From Mobula birostris (Eukaryota): 64,000 bases of DNA. The position numbers and the translations under genes were made by a program. The stretch spans positions 26,205,550-26,269,549 of the forward strand of contig NC_092381.1 of assembly GCF_030028105.1 (NCBI RefSeq), in the 5' to 3' direction. Position 1 is the stretch's first letter; each line of letters opens with the position of its first letter. Below the pieces are notes generated by a model that worked only from the letters and a program-made list of their open reading frames with translations, ran no database searches and was not told the origin of the DNA. Of the stretch, positions 1 to 12,871 are shown piece by piece.

Positions 1-159
1 TTTTTAAAGCATATCAACAGTGGAAATTTATATTCTAGTCTATTTTTGGATCTTGGTATATTCAATATTTGCAAACAACATGCCTGTAAATTCATCCCCT
101 GTCTGTAGTGCTAAATACCTAAATGGTAGTGAAAGGAGATTGTCTTCTCTCCTCCAAAT

Positions 160-2710
160 TGTTATATTTTGTAACTCCAGGAAATAATCAAAAAAAAAAC
201 ACCCCTGAGCCAGGGATAACTCATCTCTACTCTTAGTTTTGTCTTTACTTTTAGTGAGATGTGTGTCTACGAAGAGGTGATGTAATGACATATGCCATTC
301 ATGCACCTTGTATATACAACTCATAATGACTTATATCAACAAAAAAACAGTACATCTACAATATTACTCAAATATTTTATAGGCATCTGTTAGTCTCATG
401 AGACTAAGGATTTGCGCCTTGGAAGGTTTCCAGGGCGCAGGCCTGGCCGAGGTTGTATGGAAGACTGGCAGTTGCCCATGCTGTAAGTCTCCCCTCTCCA
501 CACCACCAATGTTGTCCAAGGGAAGGGCACTAGGGCCGATACAGCTTGACACTGGTGTCGTTGCAGAGCAATGTGTGGTTAAGTGCTTTACTCAAGGACA
601 CAACATGCTGCCTCAGCTGAGGCTCAAACTAGCGACCTTCAGATCACTAGACTGACACATTAACCACTTGGCCACGCGCCAATACACTCAAATATTACTT
701 AAATATTAAATACACAGCACTTCCCTGCTTAGCTATTATCTCCAACTCAATATAGAAAGCATCTCAGCTATACAGTATATACAGTATACTACATAATACA
801 ACTACTGTACAGGCATCCACAGCATAGTAAATTTTAAATGGTCCCATTCAGACCTAAAGATTTAATCACTGCGATGGATTTATTACACCTGTGGGATAAC
901 ATCTTTCCTGACAAGGTGGAGAGTGGGTCATTACTTGACAGGTGAGACTTGTGGTGATGAAACAATCTCAGGTTCTGCGGCCTCTTCTGTGGTGCTTGTA
1001 GGAATTGACTTTGGGACTGTAGAAGATGGTTCTGACAGCTCTGAACATCGTTCTTCTCTAATAGTTGACTCTGCTCTCCTCAAGTGATTGATGTGTCATC
1101 TCCAGATGACATCAGATGCAATCTGCACTGTGTAGGAGAGTGGTCCAGTTCTGTCCTTAATCCTTCTGAGTATCCACTTTTGATCACCTCTGAAGTCCCT
1201 CGCCAGGACTGCTTGTCTAGAAGTGAAACAATAAACCTCCTTGTTTGAGGAGCCCCAAATTTGTCTCAGCTGTTTGTCCTTCTGATATTGTTTTTGAGGA
1301 GATCTAAGCATGAGTGCAAGGGACAACCCAGGAACAGCATAGCTGGTGAGTTGTTGATAGTGGAGTGTGCTACGTTATGATATCGAAGGAGGAAATTGGT
1401 GAGCTTCTGATTCAGTGTTAGTGAGTGTGTTCTGCTGTCATTGTTTGTAGTGCATTCTTTAGATCTGGGCAAACCTTTCTACCAAGCCATTTGTAGCTGG
1501 GTGGTACAGTGCAGATGTAATGTGCCTTACTCCATTCATTTTCAGGAATGACTGAATTGTTCTGCAACCAAATGTGGTCCACTGTCATTGACTAAGCGTT
1601 CTGCAACACTATCCTTGAGAAGAGGCTTCTCAACACATCAACAGTGTCTGAGGCTGTATGAAGGCTATTGAAACACTTCTGGCCACTTTGTAGCTGCATC
1701 CACTATTCCACCAAGAAATTTGTTCCCAGGAGTAGCCCAGAACAATCCACATAATCCTTCGCCAGGGCAATACAGGCCATTCCCAGGGATGGAGAGGTGC
1801 TGCTCCTGGCATCCTCTGAACGTGTTGCTGATCTATCCCAGGCCACCAGACAAAACTTTGAGCCAACATTTTCATCTTGGTCATGCCCAGATGATCAGCA
1901 TGCAGCTCCTCCAACACTTTCACTCTCTAGTTGGATGATACTATAAATCTCAATTCCCACATATGCAATTTGGCACTGGTAAAAATAGGGGAACTAGAGA
2001 TTCTTCTCCATGTTCCAGCCATTTTAGTTGGCCATGTAGACCTGAGACAGTATGGGGTCTTTTCTGGTTTCTCTTTGGATCACCTTTGATGTAAGAGGGA
2101 GAATTTCGACTTGCATTACAGAGAATGCATCAAAAGGAGTGTCCCTTTTTTTTGTAAATTTCTCAGGTATTTCCTATTCCAAGTGTAAACTGTACAAACC
2201 ATCAGCACTTCCATGATTAGTTATACTCTTGAAATTCAATCTTGTAATTGTGTACTTCAAGAAACAGAGCCCATCTTTGCCTTTATGCTGCTGCTGTTAG
2301 TGGAACATACTTCTGCGGATTGAAAAGGGGCACTAGTGGTTGATGATCAGTAATGAGGGGAAACTCTCTCCCATACAAGTATTGGTTGAAACATTTTACA
2401 CCTCAAACCAGACTCAAGGCCTCTCTGTCAGTCTGTGCATAAATTTATTCTGCAGCGGTAACGGAACATGAAGCAAAGGCTGTGGGGCATTCACCTCCAT
2501 CACTCATAACATGTGACAATGCTGCACCTATACCATAAAGCGAGACATCACAGGCAAGCTTCACTGAATGATGAGAATCATAATATGTGAATACAGTGTC
2601 TGAAGTCACCACTTTCTTTACCTTTTGGAAAGCCACCTCACACTGCTTTGTTGATTGCCATTTCTTCTTGATCTGTGGTTGAAAATTAGTTGGTATATTC
2701 TTTTCCACTG
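160..2710 (-). mobile_element. Decayed Ty3/Gypsy LTR retrotransposon, 3' part (RNase H, integrase, PPT, 3' LTR ~160-719)
   Basis: Broken ORFs with KLACDVSLYGIGAALSH (RNase H), LHADHLGMTKMK...WWPGID (integrase Zn region), PWEWP, SPAMLFLG and GPLSYTV. Purine run at ~721-730 (minus) precedes an LTR-like segment ending AACA at 160. Confidence 0.88.
377..685 (-). mobile_element. tRNA-headed SINE inserted in the Gypsy LTR
   Basis: A box TGGCCAAGTGG, B-box-like AGTTTGAGCC, CORE-like TGTGTCCTTGAGTAAAGCACTTAACC. 11-bp TSD ACTCAAATATT at 366-376 and 686-696. Confidence 0.85.
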
Positions 2711-4329
2711 GAATAGAATTGCTTTTATCGAATAATTCCTTTGCTCACATCAGTGTATGTAGTGTATGTGTTTCCATCAGTCCCTCTGTGTGCTGCATAT
2801 ACATCACCACACCCACTATAGACAATAGGTCAATACACAGCATGTCACCATAACTGGAAATGTTGCAGGAGAAACAATGAGAATGCTTACAGAAGGATGA
2901 ATTATTAATGTGAAATTTATTTCTGTTGAAGAGGTTACTAATGTCCTGAGATGTTGGTCAATAGAGACTGTCAGAGATGTGGAAGCAACTAGGCGGAATT
3001 CACGTCATGGCTCAGCTTCAACATATGCTACAGTAAGTTCTTGTTGTATTCCCAAGCTCACATTCAGCAAATCATTTACTGGAAGTTTTCACCATACTGT
3101 TCCTTCCAGGGAAAAGACAAGGCAGGGGGGAGATGGGCTCTCCTGCCAACCCTCCTCAGAACACAAAAACACTTGCCTTCTTGCTTTCAAGCCTGAAATC
3201 AGATACATCGATCCCAGTGATTTTAGAAAATACATCAGAATATGGCATTAAAGAGAACAGTCACACCTCATGCAGTGTTCCGGTGGGGCATTGTCTGGAG
3301 TATTAGTTCACTTTAGTGGGAACTCTCAAGCAGCTGTATTTCAATTGTAACGTCCCTGTAGTGTCACTATTTAAGAAAGGGAGGTTGGCAGATTCCTGGA
3401 AGAGGCCCTAATCGGGGCTGTTAACTCCTTCCATGTTGAAGCTGAACAGCTTGGCAACACCTCTCCCACATACTAAAGCAACCCTGCCCCTTACCTGCTC
3501 CACTTCCACAGCTTCCTGACAAACATATCTGCTGTGGTCTCTCATCCTTCACGCCAGGCTCAAGTGACTGGACCCATGGTCCAGTCTCTAGGCTCACCTG
3601 CTGAAGGCCAAACCCTGGTCTGTCACAGCAGAAATCAAGAACAAGGCCCTGCTCTGCAGGCCGAGCATGGATGGGCTTTTGACTGCTTTTCCTCTCCTTC
3701 ACTCATACCCAACTTACGCAAGATCTGAGCCTAGCTTCACTGCATTTTCATTCGGCCCCTTTCCAACTTGCAAAGTGCACAAACAGTACGGACTAGAGCC
3801 TCAGTCCTGAAATCTACTGTGGCAGGCTTTGGACCTGAGACAATGGATGATGCACTCTGCAACAGCCCTTTAGCAGCCGTCAAAGATCAAAGCAAATTTC
3901 CTATCCAGCGCTTTTCAAGAAAGTGATAAAATGAGAAGAGGGAAAAAAAAGCTATCACTACATGGGGAAATGCTGACATATGGGGTGCAATGCCACTTCT
4001 AATGAAACGCTGTAACTGATTGTCTTCCTCTAATTAATAACTCACTGGTAATATTGTTGTATTGCTTACTTTGACACATACAGCTACTGACTAATGTGCA
4101 AAATCTGTTTTTGTTAAAGGTGATGATAGCTGTCAATATTCTGCTGGCATTTCTCAGGATTGAAGTAGCTTGAGGTGACGGGTTCCTTCCAGGCGAACAT
4201 GATGGATACGATTAAATATTCCTGTTTCCGCCTGATGCAGCTGAGAATTGCAACTGCTTCCATGGTCTGTACAGTTAATAAAGATGTCTTAATGCATCTT
4301 AGAACAATCTATCGCTGTTTAAGTGACCA

Positions 4330-6900
4330 TACTTCTCGTCGGACTCCTCAGAGGAAACGTGGCTGCTGATCAGGGATGGAGGCGCGTTTAAGAAAATGGG
4401 ATTTTTGACTCCCAATACCGATTATTTTGCTTGGCAGTCTCTAGTAAATAAAATCAAAGATCTGAGCTTGGGTGCTGGATCAGAGGGACATTAGGACCAC
4501 CTGTGTCCTTTGTTTCACGGAATCCAGGTTAACCCCTTCCGTACCACAGTGATTCAGACTGACAGGGGTGCTACATACCATCAGGATAGAACTTCCCAGT
4601 TTCTCAGAAGCAGAGATGGAGGTGTCTGCCTCATGATCAACTCCTCTTGGTGCACAAATGTATCCATGTTGTCTTAATTCTGCTCACCAGAGCTGAGATA
4701 TCTTGCAATTATGTGCTGTCCATTTTACTTGCAGCGGGAGATTTCAGCAAACATTTTGGTAGCGGTGTACATTCCACCTCAGGCCAATGTCAAACAGGCT
4801 CTGGATGATCTGAACAATAGGATCAATGTGCACAAAACAACACACTCTGAAGCCTTCACCATCATTTTGGGGGATTTTAACTAGGCCAGCTTGAAAAAGT
4901 CACTAAATAATTATCATAAACAAATCACTTGTAGTACCAAAGGAAACAACACACTGGACCACTGTTACATCACCATCAAGAATGCCTACTGTGCTATTTC
5001 TTGGCGCACTTCGGAAAGTCTGATCACCTGGCTGTACTTCTACTCTCTGAGTATAGATAGAGACTGAAGACTACAGCACCAGTAGTGAGGACCAAGAAGG
5101 TTTGGACAATGGAAGCACAGAAGCGCCTACAGGACTGCTTTGAATTAGTGGACTGGACGGTATTCAGGGATTCATCTACAAACCTGGATGACTATGCTGC
5201 AGTTGTTACCGACTTGATTAAAACCTGTGAGGATGAGTGCCTGCTTACGAAAACTTGCTGTAATTCCCAAACCAAAAGCCATGGATGAACGAGAAGGTTT
5301 GATGACTGCTGAGGGCTAGATCTGTGGCATTCAAGTCCGGTGACCCAGATCGGTACAAGAAAACCAGGTACTGTATGACTCACAGAGGGCTATTTCAAAA
5401 GCAAAGAAACAATTCCAAACAAGGTCCAAGGCGATATTCGGATGCATGCCAACTCTGGCAAGGTTTGCAGGACGTTACTTGCTACAAAGCAAAACCCAAT
5501 AGCATGAATGGCAGCGATGCTTCACTAGCAGATGAGTTTAATGCATTCTATGCCTGCTTTGAAAGGGAGAATATAACAGATCCCTGCTGCACCTAGTGAC
5601 CCTGTGATCTCTGTCTCGGAGGCCGATGTTAGGCTGTCTTTCAGGAGGGTGAACCCAATGGAGTACCTAGTAAGGCTCTGAAAACTTGTGCCAACCAACT
5701 GGACGGAGCACTCAGGGATATTTTCAACCTTTCACTCCTAAGGTCGGAAGTTCCCACCTGTTTCAAAACGGTGACAATTATACCAGTGCTTAAGAAGAGT
5801 ACTGTGAGCTGCCTTAACGACCATCATCCACTAGCACTCACATCTATGGTGACGAAATGCTTTGAGAGGTTGACCGTGGTTAGAATGTACTCTCCTGCCT
5901 CAGTAGCACCTGGACCACTGCAATTTGACGATCGCGCACAATAGGTCTACGGCAGATGCAATCTCAGCGGCTCTTTGCACGGCCTTAGATCACCCGGACA
6001 ATATTAACACCTAGGTCAGGGTGCTGTTTGTTGGATATAGCTCAGCGTTTAACACCACCATACCCACAGTCCTGATAGATAGATCCACAGAACCCAGGCG
6101 TCTGTACCTCCCTCTGTAATTGAATCCTCAACTTCCTAACTGGAAGTTAATCTGTGCGCATTGGTAATAATATCTCCTCCTCACTGGCAATCAACACTTG
6201 AGCACCTCAAGGGTGTGACTTAGCCCACTGCTCTACTCTCTCTATACCCATGACTGTGTGGCTAGGCATAGCTCAAATGCCATCTATAATTTTGTTGATG
6301 ATACAACCATTGTTGGTAGAATCTCAGATGGAGGTAGGAGGATGTACAGGAGTGGGATATACCAGCTAGTTGAGTGGTGTTGCAGCAACAACCTGGCATT
6401 CAATGTTAATGAGACAAAAGATATGATTGTGGACTTCAGGAAGGGCAAGGCATGGGAACACAAACTAATCCTCATAGAGGGATCAGAAGTGGAGCATGTG
6501 AGAAATTTCAAGTTCCTGGGTGTCAAGATCTCTGGGGATCTAACCTGGTCCCAACATATCAATGCAGTTATAAAGAAAGCTTGAAGGCCAGGGAGCAGCT
6601 ATATTTCATTCGGAGTTTGACGAGATTTGGTTTGTCATCTAAGATACTCAAAATCTTCTATAGATGTACCATGAAGAGCATTCTGGCAGTCTGCATCACT
6701 GTCTGGATTTGGTGGGGGGCGGGGTTACTACTGCACAGGACCAAAAAGCTACAGAAAGTTGTAAAATTAGTCAGCTCCATCTCGGGTACTAGCCTCTGTA
6801 GCTTCTAAGATATCTTCAAGGAGTGGTGCTTCAGGAAGGTAGCGTCCATTAGTAAAGACCCCCATCACCCAGGACATGTCCTCTTCTCATTGTTATCATT
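4330..6900 (+). mobile_element. Decayed Rex1/Babar-type LINE (APE endonuclease + RT)
   Basis: APE motifs LCFTES, VAVYIPPQAN, IILGDFN, TLDHCY, GKSDH. RT motifs YSSAFNT, SPLLYSLYT, FVDDTTIVG, FKFLGV. Many stops and frameshifts. Confidence 0.9.
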
Positions 6901-7065
6901 GTTCTGTTTCTTTCCTGCATCCCGATAAGGTGCAAATTGGTAGCTTACTCATTCACTGTGAACTTCCCTGGTGGGTAGATGAGTGGCAGAACTTGTCGGA
7001 TGTGGGGAAATGAGTTGGAGTGGGATTAGTGCAAAATTGGTTGCCTGATGGTTGACATATACTCA

Positions 7066-7345
7066 GACGGCAGCACAGTAGCGTAACACTATCACAGCAC
7101 CAGCTATAAGATGGGGGTTCGATGCTCCTCACTATCCATAAGCAGTTTGCTCATTCTCACTGTTTCTTCTGGGTGTTCTGGTTTCCTCATGTTTTCTAAA
7201 TGATGTACAATCAGGGTTAATGAGTTGTGGACATGCTATGTTAGCACCAGAAACATGACGATACTTGCAGGCTGCGCTTGTCGATTTGATTTTATGCAAA
7301 CAACACATGTTTCGATGTACATGTGACAAATAAAGCCCATCTTTA
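7066..7345 (+). mobile_element. tRNA-derived V-type SINE with LINE-like tail
   Basis: Head GGCAGCACAGTAGCGTA...GGGGTTCGAT, GGGTGTTCTGGTTTCCTC central motif, tail GTACATGTGACAAATAAAG. Related copies at ~19030-19335(-) and ~26985-27290(-). Confidence 0.75.
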
Positions 7346-8509
7346 AAGGGCTTTTGGCTGTATTCCTCTATGATTATAATAGGATAGGCTGAGATCACCA
7401 TTGAGCTGTCCATTTTTGTCAATGATATCATGACCAGTATCATTTTACAATTTTCAACTGAGTTGCAGCCTCATCACTGCAGTTTGTAGTACGTACTGTA
7501 CCTCCAAGGTGCATTCTGCAAACTCACCTTGACTGATCATGCCGCATCTCAGATGGCATGGGACCTGGTTGATGCAGATGGTCACCTGGGGGGCCTCCAC
7601 GCACTGTTTCCCGTGCCCTGCATTTTCCCTTGCCTCCATTTTGCCCATTAATGTAAGCTGTGACTGCTATGGTAAACACTTCCTTTAAGATCCGATATGT
7701 TTCCCTATGATTAGTTTGGCACAGGCATAAGAGCTGGCAGCTTCTTCTCTTGAGATCTGCACAGGCCCTGGATTAGTGTGATTCGCCATGTAAACCCCAT
7801 CATTTTCTCTTTAACATATTTATGGCCAGTTTCATTTGTTTGTGTGTGGAGACAACATACACTCCAGCACGAAAGAGCCTGCATCCCTTCACCAGTCAAC
7901 AATTCATATTTTTTTGAATAGCTCCTTACATTTCTAATTTTGCTTCAACTAAGCTCTGAATATTGTACATTTAACCAGACAGAAGCAGAAATTTCCTCCA
8001 GTCTGTAGTCAACCTCACCATCAAGGGAAAATAAAAATTAACATGGATTGATGGGTAGATCAGCCTTCCAATTTATCTCCTTTTATTCCATGGCAGAAGG
8101 GTAAACTGGTTGAGGTATTTCTTCTAGAAATCAAGTCAAGAACCTCTCATAGCCCCTGCGAGCAGCTGAAATCAAATGTTCATTATGACAGGATTTTAAT
8201 CTTGGTTGAAATAACTCAATTGCTATTCTGTTGTCAAAAAATCTCTTTAAAATGACAGAGCAGACAAGGCAGTGCTGAGAAACTAATGATGGGGCGATGG
8301 AATGACCTGCTTCAAGGAGCACTAAAGAGATTAAAATCTGTGCATTCTGCAGGACTGATTCAAATCTGGTGATTCTACAGGCAACCAATAGGTGGCTTCA
8401 AAGAGCTGCATTTAAGTCAACACTGGAGAGAAACAGTCTTATAACACCTTACCATTGTAGAAAGTCTTTCATATTTACCATCAACATCCCTCAAGGTTTT
8501 AAAAAAAAT

Positions 8510-8712
8510 TCCTTATTATAAGATACAGCACAGTAACAGAACCTAGCCAATTATACCCGTGTGACCAATTAACCTCCTAACCGGCACCTCTTTCGAATGC
8601 GGGAGGAAAACGGAGCACCCAGAAGAAACTCGCATGGTCACAGAGAGAATGTGCAAACTCCTTGTAGAAAGAGGTGAAATTGATCCCAGGTTGCTAACCA
8701 CTACACTACCGT
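8510..8712 (-). mobile_element. V-type SINE copy
   Basis: GGGAGGAAAACGGAGCACCC...CATGGTCACAG motif. Related copies at ~10490-10760(+), 14570-14775(+), 26810-26980(+), 28040-28285(-), 28450-28740(+), 31770-31990(+), 50250-50530(+), 55880-56220(+). Confidence 0.75.
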
Positions 8713-8932
8713 GTTTTGCATAAATCTCTCACCTACCGGGAATGCTAGAAGGTGAGCATTCAGTCTATTACAACACCCATTCATCCTTACACTTTTCTTG
8801 TGTTAAGTCTGCTCTCTTTAATTGTTTTAGAAGAGTCAGATGCAGTGTTGCCTTAAATGTGAACTGAGCCACTCTGCACTCTTGTCTTGGCATCTTTTCA
8901 ATAATCAATGTTAAGGTTTAGTTTTTCTTTTG

Positions 8933-9064
8933 GGAGATTGCTTTTATTTTAACTAATCATTTAACCTGTCTCGCCAGTGTCACTTCCTCCCTATAACCTA
9001 GCTAAGCCTTACCAATTTCTGGTGCGGGCAGATTAAATGATTAGATAAAACAAAAGCAATCTCC
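8933..9064. repeat. Imperfect palindrome (45/46-nt arms, 41-nt spacer)
   Basis: GGAGATTGCTTTTATTTTAACTAATCATTTAACCTGTCTCGCCAG (8933-8977) versus the reverse complement of 9019-9064, GGAGATTGCTTTTGTTTTATCTAATCATTTAATCTGCCCGCACCAG. Confidence 0.92.
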
Positions 9065-9155
9065 TTTAAGCGTTTAATGAAGAAACATTTGAGCTAGGAT
9101 CTTTGGGCTATCTTGTTGCGGTGTAGGCTGGCTTAATTGTAAGGACATTATGGTC

Positions 9156-9257
9156 TGAATCAGAATCAGGTTTAATACCATTAGCAAATGTCATGAAATT
9201 TCTTAACAGCAGCAGCAGTTCAGTGCAATACCAGATAATATAGAAAAATAATTACAG

Positions 9258-9293
<36 letters not shown>

Positions 9294-9785
9294 TTAAATT
9301 AAAAATAGTGCAAAATCAGAAATAATAAACAAGTGAGTAAGTGTTCATGGGTTCAATGTCCATTTAGAAATCGCATGGCGGAGGGGAAGAAGCTGTTCCT
9401 GAATCACTGCATGTGTGCCTTCAGGCTCCTGTACCTCCTTCCTGATGATATCAGCAAGAAGAGGGCACCAGTATATGTTGTGAAATTTGTTGTCTTAATG
9501 GCAGTAGTATAATGCAATACATAATAATAGAAAAGAAAGTGAATTTCAGTAAGTATATATATTAAATAGTTAAAGTAAGTAAGTAGTGCAATAATAGAAA
9601 TAAAAAAGTAGTGAGGTGGTGTTCATGGGTTCAATGCCCATTCAGAAATTGGATGGCTGAGGGGAAGAAGCTGTTCCTGAATCATTGAGTGTGTGCCTTC
9701 AGGCTTCTGTATCTCCTACCTGATGGTAGCAATGAAAACAACGCACGACTTGGGAGATGGGGGTCCTTAATGTTGGATGCCACAT
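9156..9785 (-). mobile_element. Two tandem Rex1-type LINE 3' ends, with an (AT)n microsatellite at 9261-9290
   Basis: (GAATCA)n tail at 9157. The block GTTCATGGGTTCAATG...GGGAAGAAGCTGTTCCTGAATCA...CTTCAGGCT occurs twice (~9343-9445 and ~9621-9725). Confidence 0.8.
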
Positions 9786-9787
9786 AT

Positions 9788-10045
9788 CTAGAAACATAGA
9801 AAACCTACAGCACAATACAAGCCCTTTGGCCCACAAAGCTGTGCTGAACATGTTCTTACCTTAGAAATTACCTAGGCTTACCCATAGCCCTCTATTTTTC
9901 TAAGCTCTATGTACCAATCCAGGAGTCTCTTAAAAGAACCTATCGTATCTGCCTCTACCACTGTTGTCAGCAGCCCATTCCATGCACTCACCACTCTCTG
10001 TATAAAAGCTTACCCCTGACATCTCCTCTGTACCTACTTCCAAGC
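9788..10045 (-). mobile_element. CR1 3' end (young family)
   Basis: Reverse complement of the 3' ends at ~15800-16066 and ~53230-53490, with the TAGAAACA tail repeat. Confidence 0.88.
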
Positions 10046-10389
10046 GCCTGAGACATCACTCCTTGAAGATGCCTATGTGACCATTGTACTTAAATATTGT
10101 TAATCATCTATATATGAGACAAAATAACTTTCATTGTTCTAGTTGTCATGATCGAGTAATGTGAAACATATCTAAGCTTATCCCTCTCAGCACCTTTAGT
10201 CAGTCACCTCACAGCTGTGGAGGAGTAGAGAGGAGCCTGTTTCAGAAAGGCTGTCCCAAATGGGTGTAGTCATGAGCACAGTTTGTATCAATACTAACTT
10301 TGAAGGAGGGAAGAAGGGAATAAATCTGGAAGGATGAATGTCATTAGAAAACCCATAAAACACCAGCATGTCTAGTAGAACAGCTGCAA

Positions 10390-10485
10390 CAGACACAAAA
10401 TACTGGAGGGACTCAGAAGCCCAGGCAGCATCTATGGAAAGGAGTAAGCAGTTGACATTTCGGGCTGAGATCCTTCATCAGGACT
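10390..10485 (-). mobile_element. Penelope-like terminal fragment with hammerhead motif
   Basis: Homologous to 47630-47730. Minus strand reads AGTC CTGATGA AGGATCTCAGCCC GAAATGTC AACTG. Confidence 0.75.
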
Positions 10486-12871
10486 CACTCCATCCAGGTT
10501 CAGTCTTGACTCTGGTACTGTCTGTAGAAGTTTACACATTCTCCCCGGGTCATGTGGGTTTCCTCCTCCAGCCCAAAGATAAGCAGGTTGGTTGGTTAAT
10601 GGGTCTCTGTAAATTGTGCTTAGTGTCTAGATACCGTACATGGTAAAATCGTGGAGGAGATTAAAAATGAAATAAACGTAGAATCACTGTAAATGTATGG
10701 CTAATAGTCAGCATTAACTTGGAAGGTTGAAAGCCTTTTTTTATGCTCTCTCTGACTCTCATGGAAGTATAACTAGAATAACCATGCCATCTTGACATGG
10801 TGCCTTGGTGTCTATTCTAATCAAAAGCAAGTCTCTTCTGAACAACTCCTAACCAACCCTAAAGGTTGCTTGAATGATTATCAGTTGCGGCCTACTGTAG
10901 AGTGTTGCCCGGAAAGCCAGGCAGAGTGTGTAAAACAATGGTTGGGGGTGAAAACGTCAATGAGAAATGATCAATGGTGCTTGTAAAGCAATGAGGAAAA
11001 ATTATCTCGACTTTAATTTTGCATGCCATGAATCACATCGCTACACCGTTCCTTGAAGAAACGAGTCAAATTATTAAATCCAAACCCTGGTCCTACACTC
11101 CTGTAGTCAGCCTTCAAATAATATGCTGAGAGTCCAATCAAATGACAAGTAAGTGGAGAGGGCAATAAGGAGTCAAATGAAAGGCACTTATTCTTGTGCT
11201 GTGTAGTGTGTGAATGTTGGCTGCTTTAGCTGGTTCACTGCATACTCTTGGTGCATGTGCGTTGCTTCAGATGTGTGACACTTAACTTACCGCTCTTTCT
11301 GTGTGATTCCCCAGTGAGAGGAGTGAGTATATTGGCTGCCTGCAGGATTTAAATGGCAGTCTGCTGGGAATCTTCCGGCTGTGCTCTGTATGCGATTTAG
11401 CTACAACCAAGTCTCTGGTGACTGATTGCTCCCGCCGCTTTTGAGAGTCCTTCTCTCCAGCCTGATGTGCCAGATGTTTTTCTGGCTGAAAGGGCAACAG
11501 TTTCTTAATCTGTGTGTCAGGTGAATCTTTACAACTCCATGGCCGTGAAGCAGTTTCAGTGTACTACAAAATGTACAGTTCTATAGCAATCCTACTGTCT
11601 TCGAGGAAATTTCAGGTGCCTAATTGTTCAGCTGCAATACTCTGCTGATAAAAAAGGATTAATTTTATTCCTTTAATAGGTGACACAGAGTGGGAGAGAA
11701 AGCTTGTATTTTAATCTGGAGGTAGCAAAATTAATAACTAGTGGAACTTCCACAGTAAAAAAAATCATAGTGCTTCAGAGTAGCATAATGGCATAAAAAA
11801 TTAAGAACGCTTAAAAAAGCTGCTAGGACAGGATACTGGACAATTATCTTCCCTGATAGTCATGGGCAATGATAACATTCAAGATTCAAGATTGTCATTC
11901 ATCCTACATGAATATGAAGGAGAATAAAATGATTGTTACTCCTGATCCAATGCAGCATAATAAAAACACAGTACGATGTAAAAAACAAAAAAAAACACAA
12001 AAATATAAATATAAAACACCGTGTACAATGAAAGGGGTCAGGTCTTCCATTGGAGTGACAGAGACTGTGAAGTAAAAATGGGTCTCAGAGATGGCATTCT
12101 TGCCATAAAGGGATTTGCACAGGGCCCTGTGAAATTGTAAACTGAGGCCTCACTGGACAGAAACCAGAGCACATCAACAAACATGGGGTTACAGGGAATT
12201 AGAACCAGTTACAAGACAGATATTTTGATGCTTGACAGAAAAGCATGAGTGATTATTAGAGGAGCAGGTAGCATGGAATAGGATGGGGACTGTTAACTTG
12301 GAAGAAGGAGCTCTTACAATGGAGAGTAAATGGAGTTGAAGGCTTAAATCAGTATCAAATAAAGCACCAAAGTTAGTGTTTGATTTGATCATGTGGTTCA
12401 ATCTGAGGGAAAGTAGTGAGTGCTTCCCATCCGTCGCTAGGGAAAAGACGTGACATAATAGCTTTCTCAATATTAAGTGGGAGAATTTTCCTCAGACAAA
12501 GAGCTGGACAGAGGATGTGAGGATTTAAATTTAAAGTTGAATATATTATCACATGTACATCTGCAGGTATGTACAGGTGCGATGAGAAACTTAATTTGCA
12601 GTAGTGCCACAGGCACATAGCATCATTATAAGCAACATTCACATGAAAAACATAAAAGGAACATAAATTATGCACAGTAACACACAAATAGAACAAAAAA
12701 ATGTCAATTTTAGTTCAAAATATTCACAGTATTCATGGACATAATTATGACCCAAGGATGATAGACATAGTCATTGAGTGCTTTCAGGAAGTATCTTCAT
12801 AGATACAGAAGTGAATGTTATTTGTTGTCTAGCAAATAAAAGTGGAGAAATGGAACTGACCAAGAGGCCCG

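Noticed and set aside
610-685. tRNA gene
   Set aside because: A and B boxes are present but there is no full cloverleaf; it continues into a SINE body and is TSD-flanked.
3340-3830. GC-richer segment with ORFs 3421..3702 and 3534..3728
   Set aside because: No recognisable protein motif, splice structure or repeat partner in the window; left unassigned.
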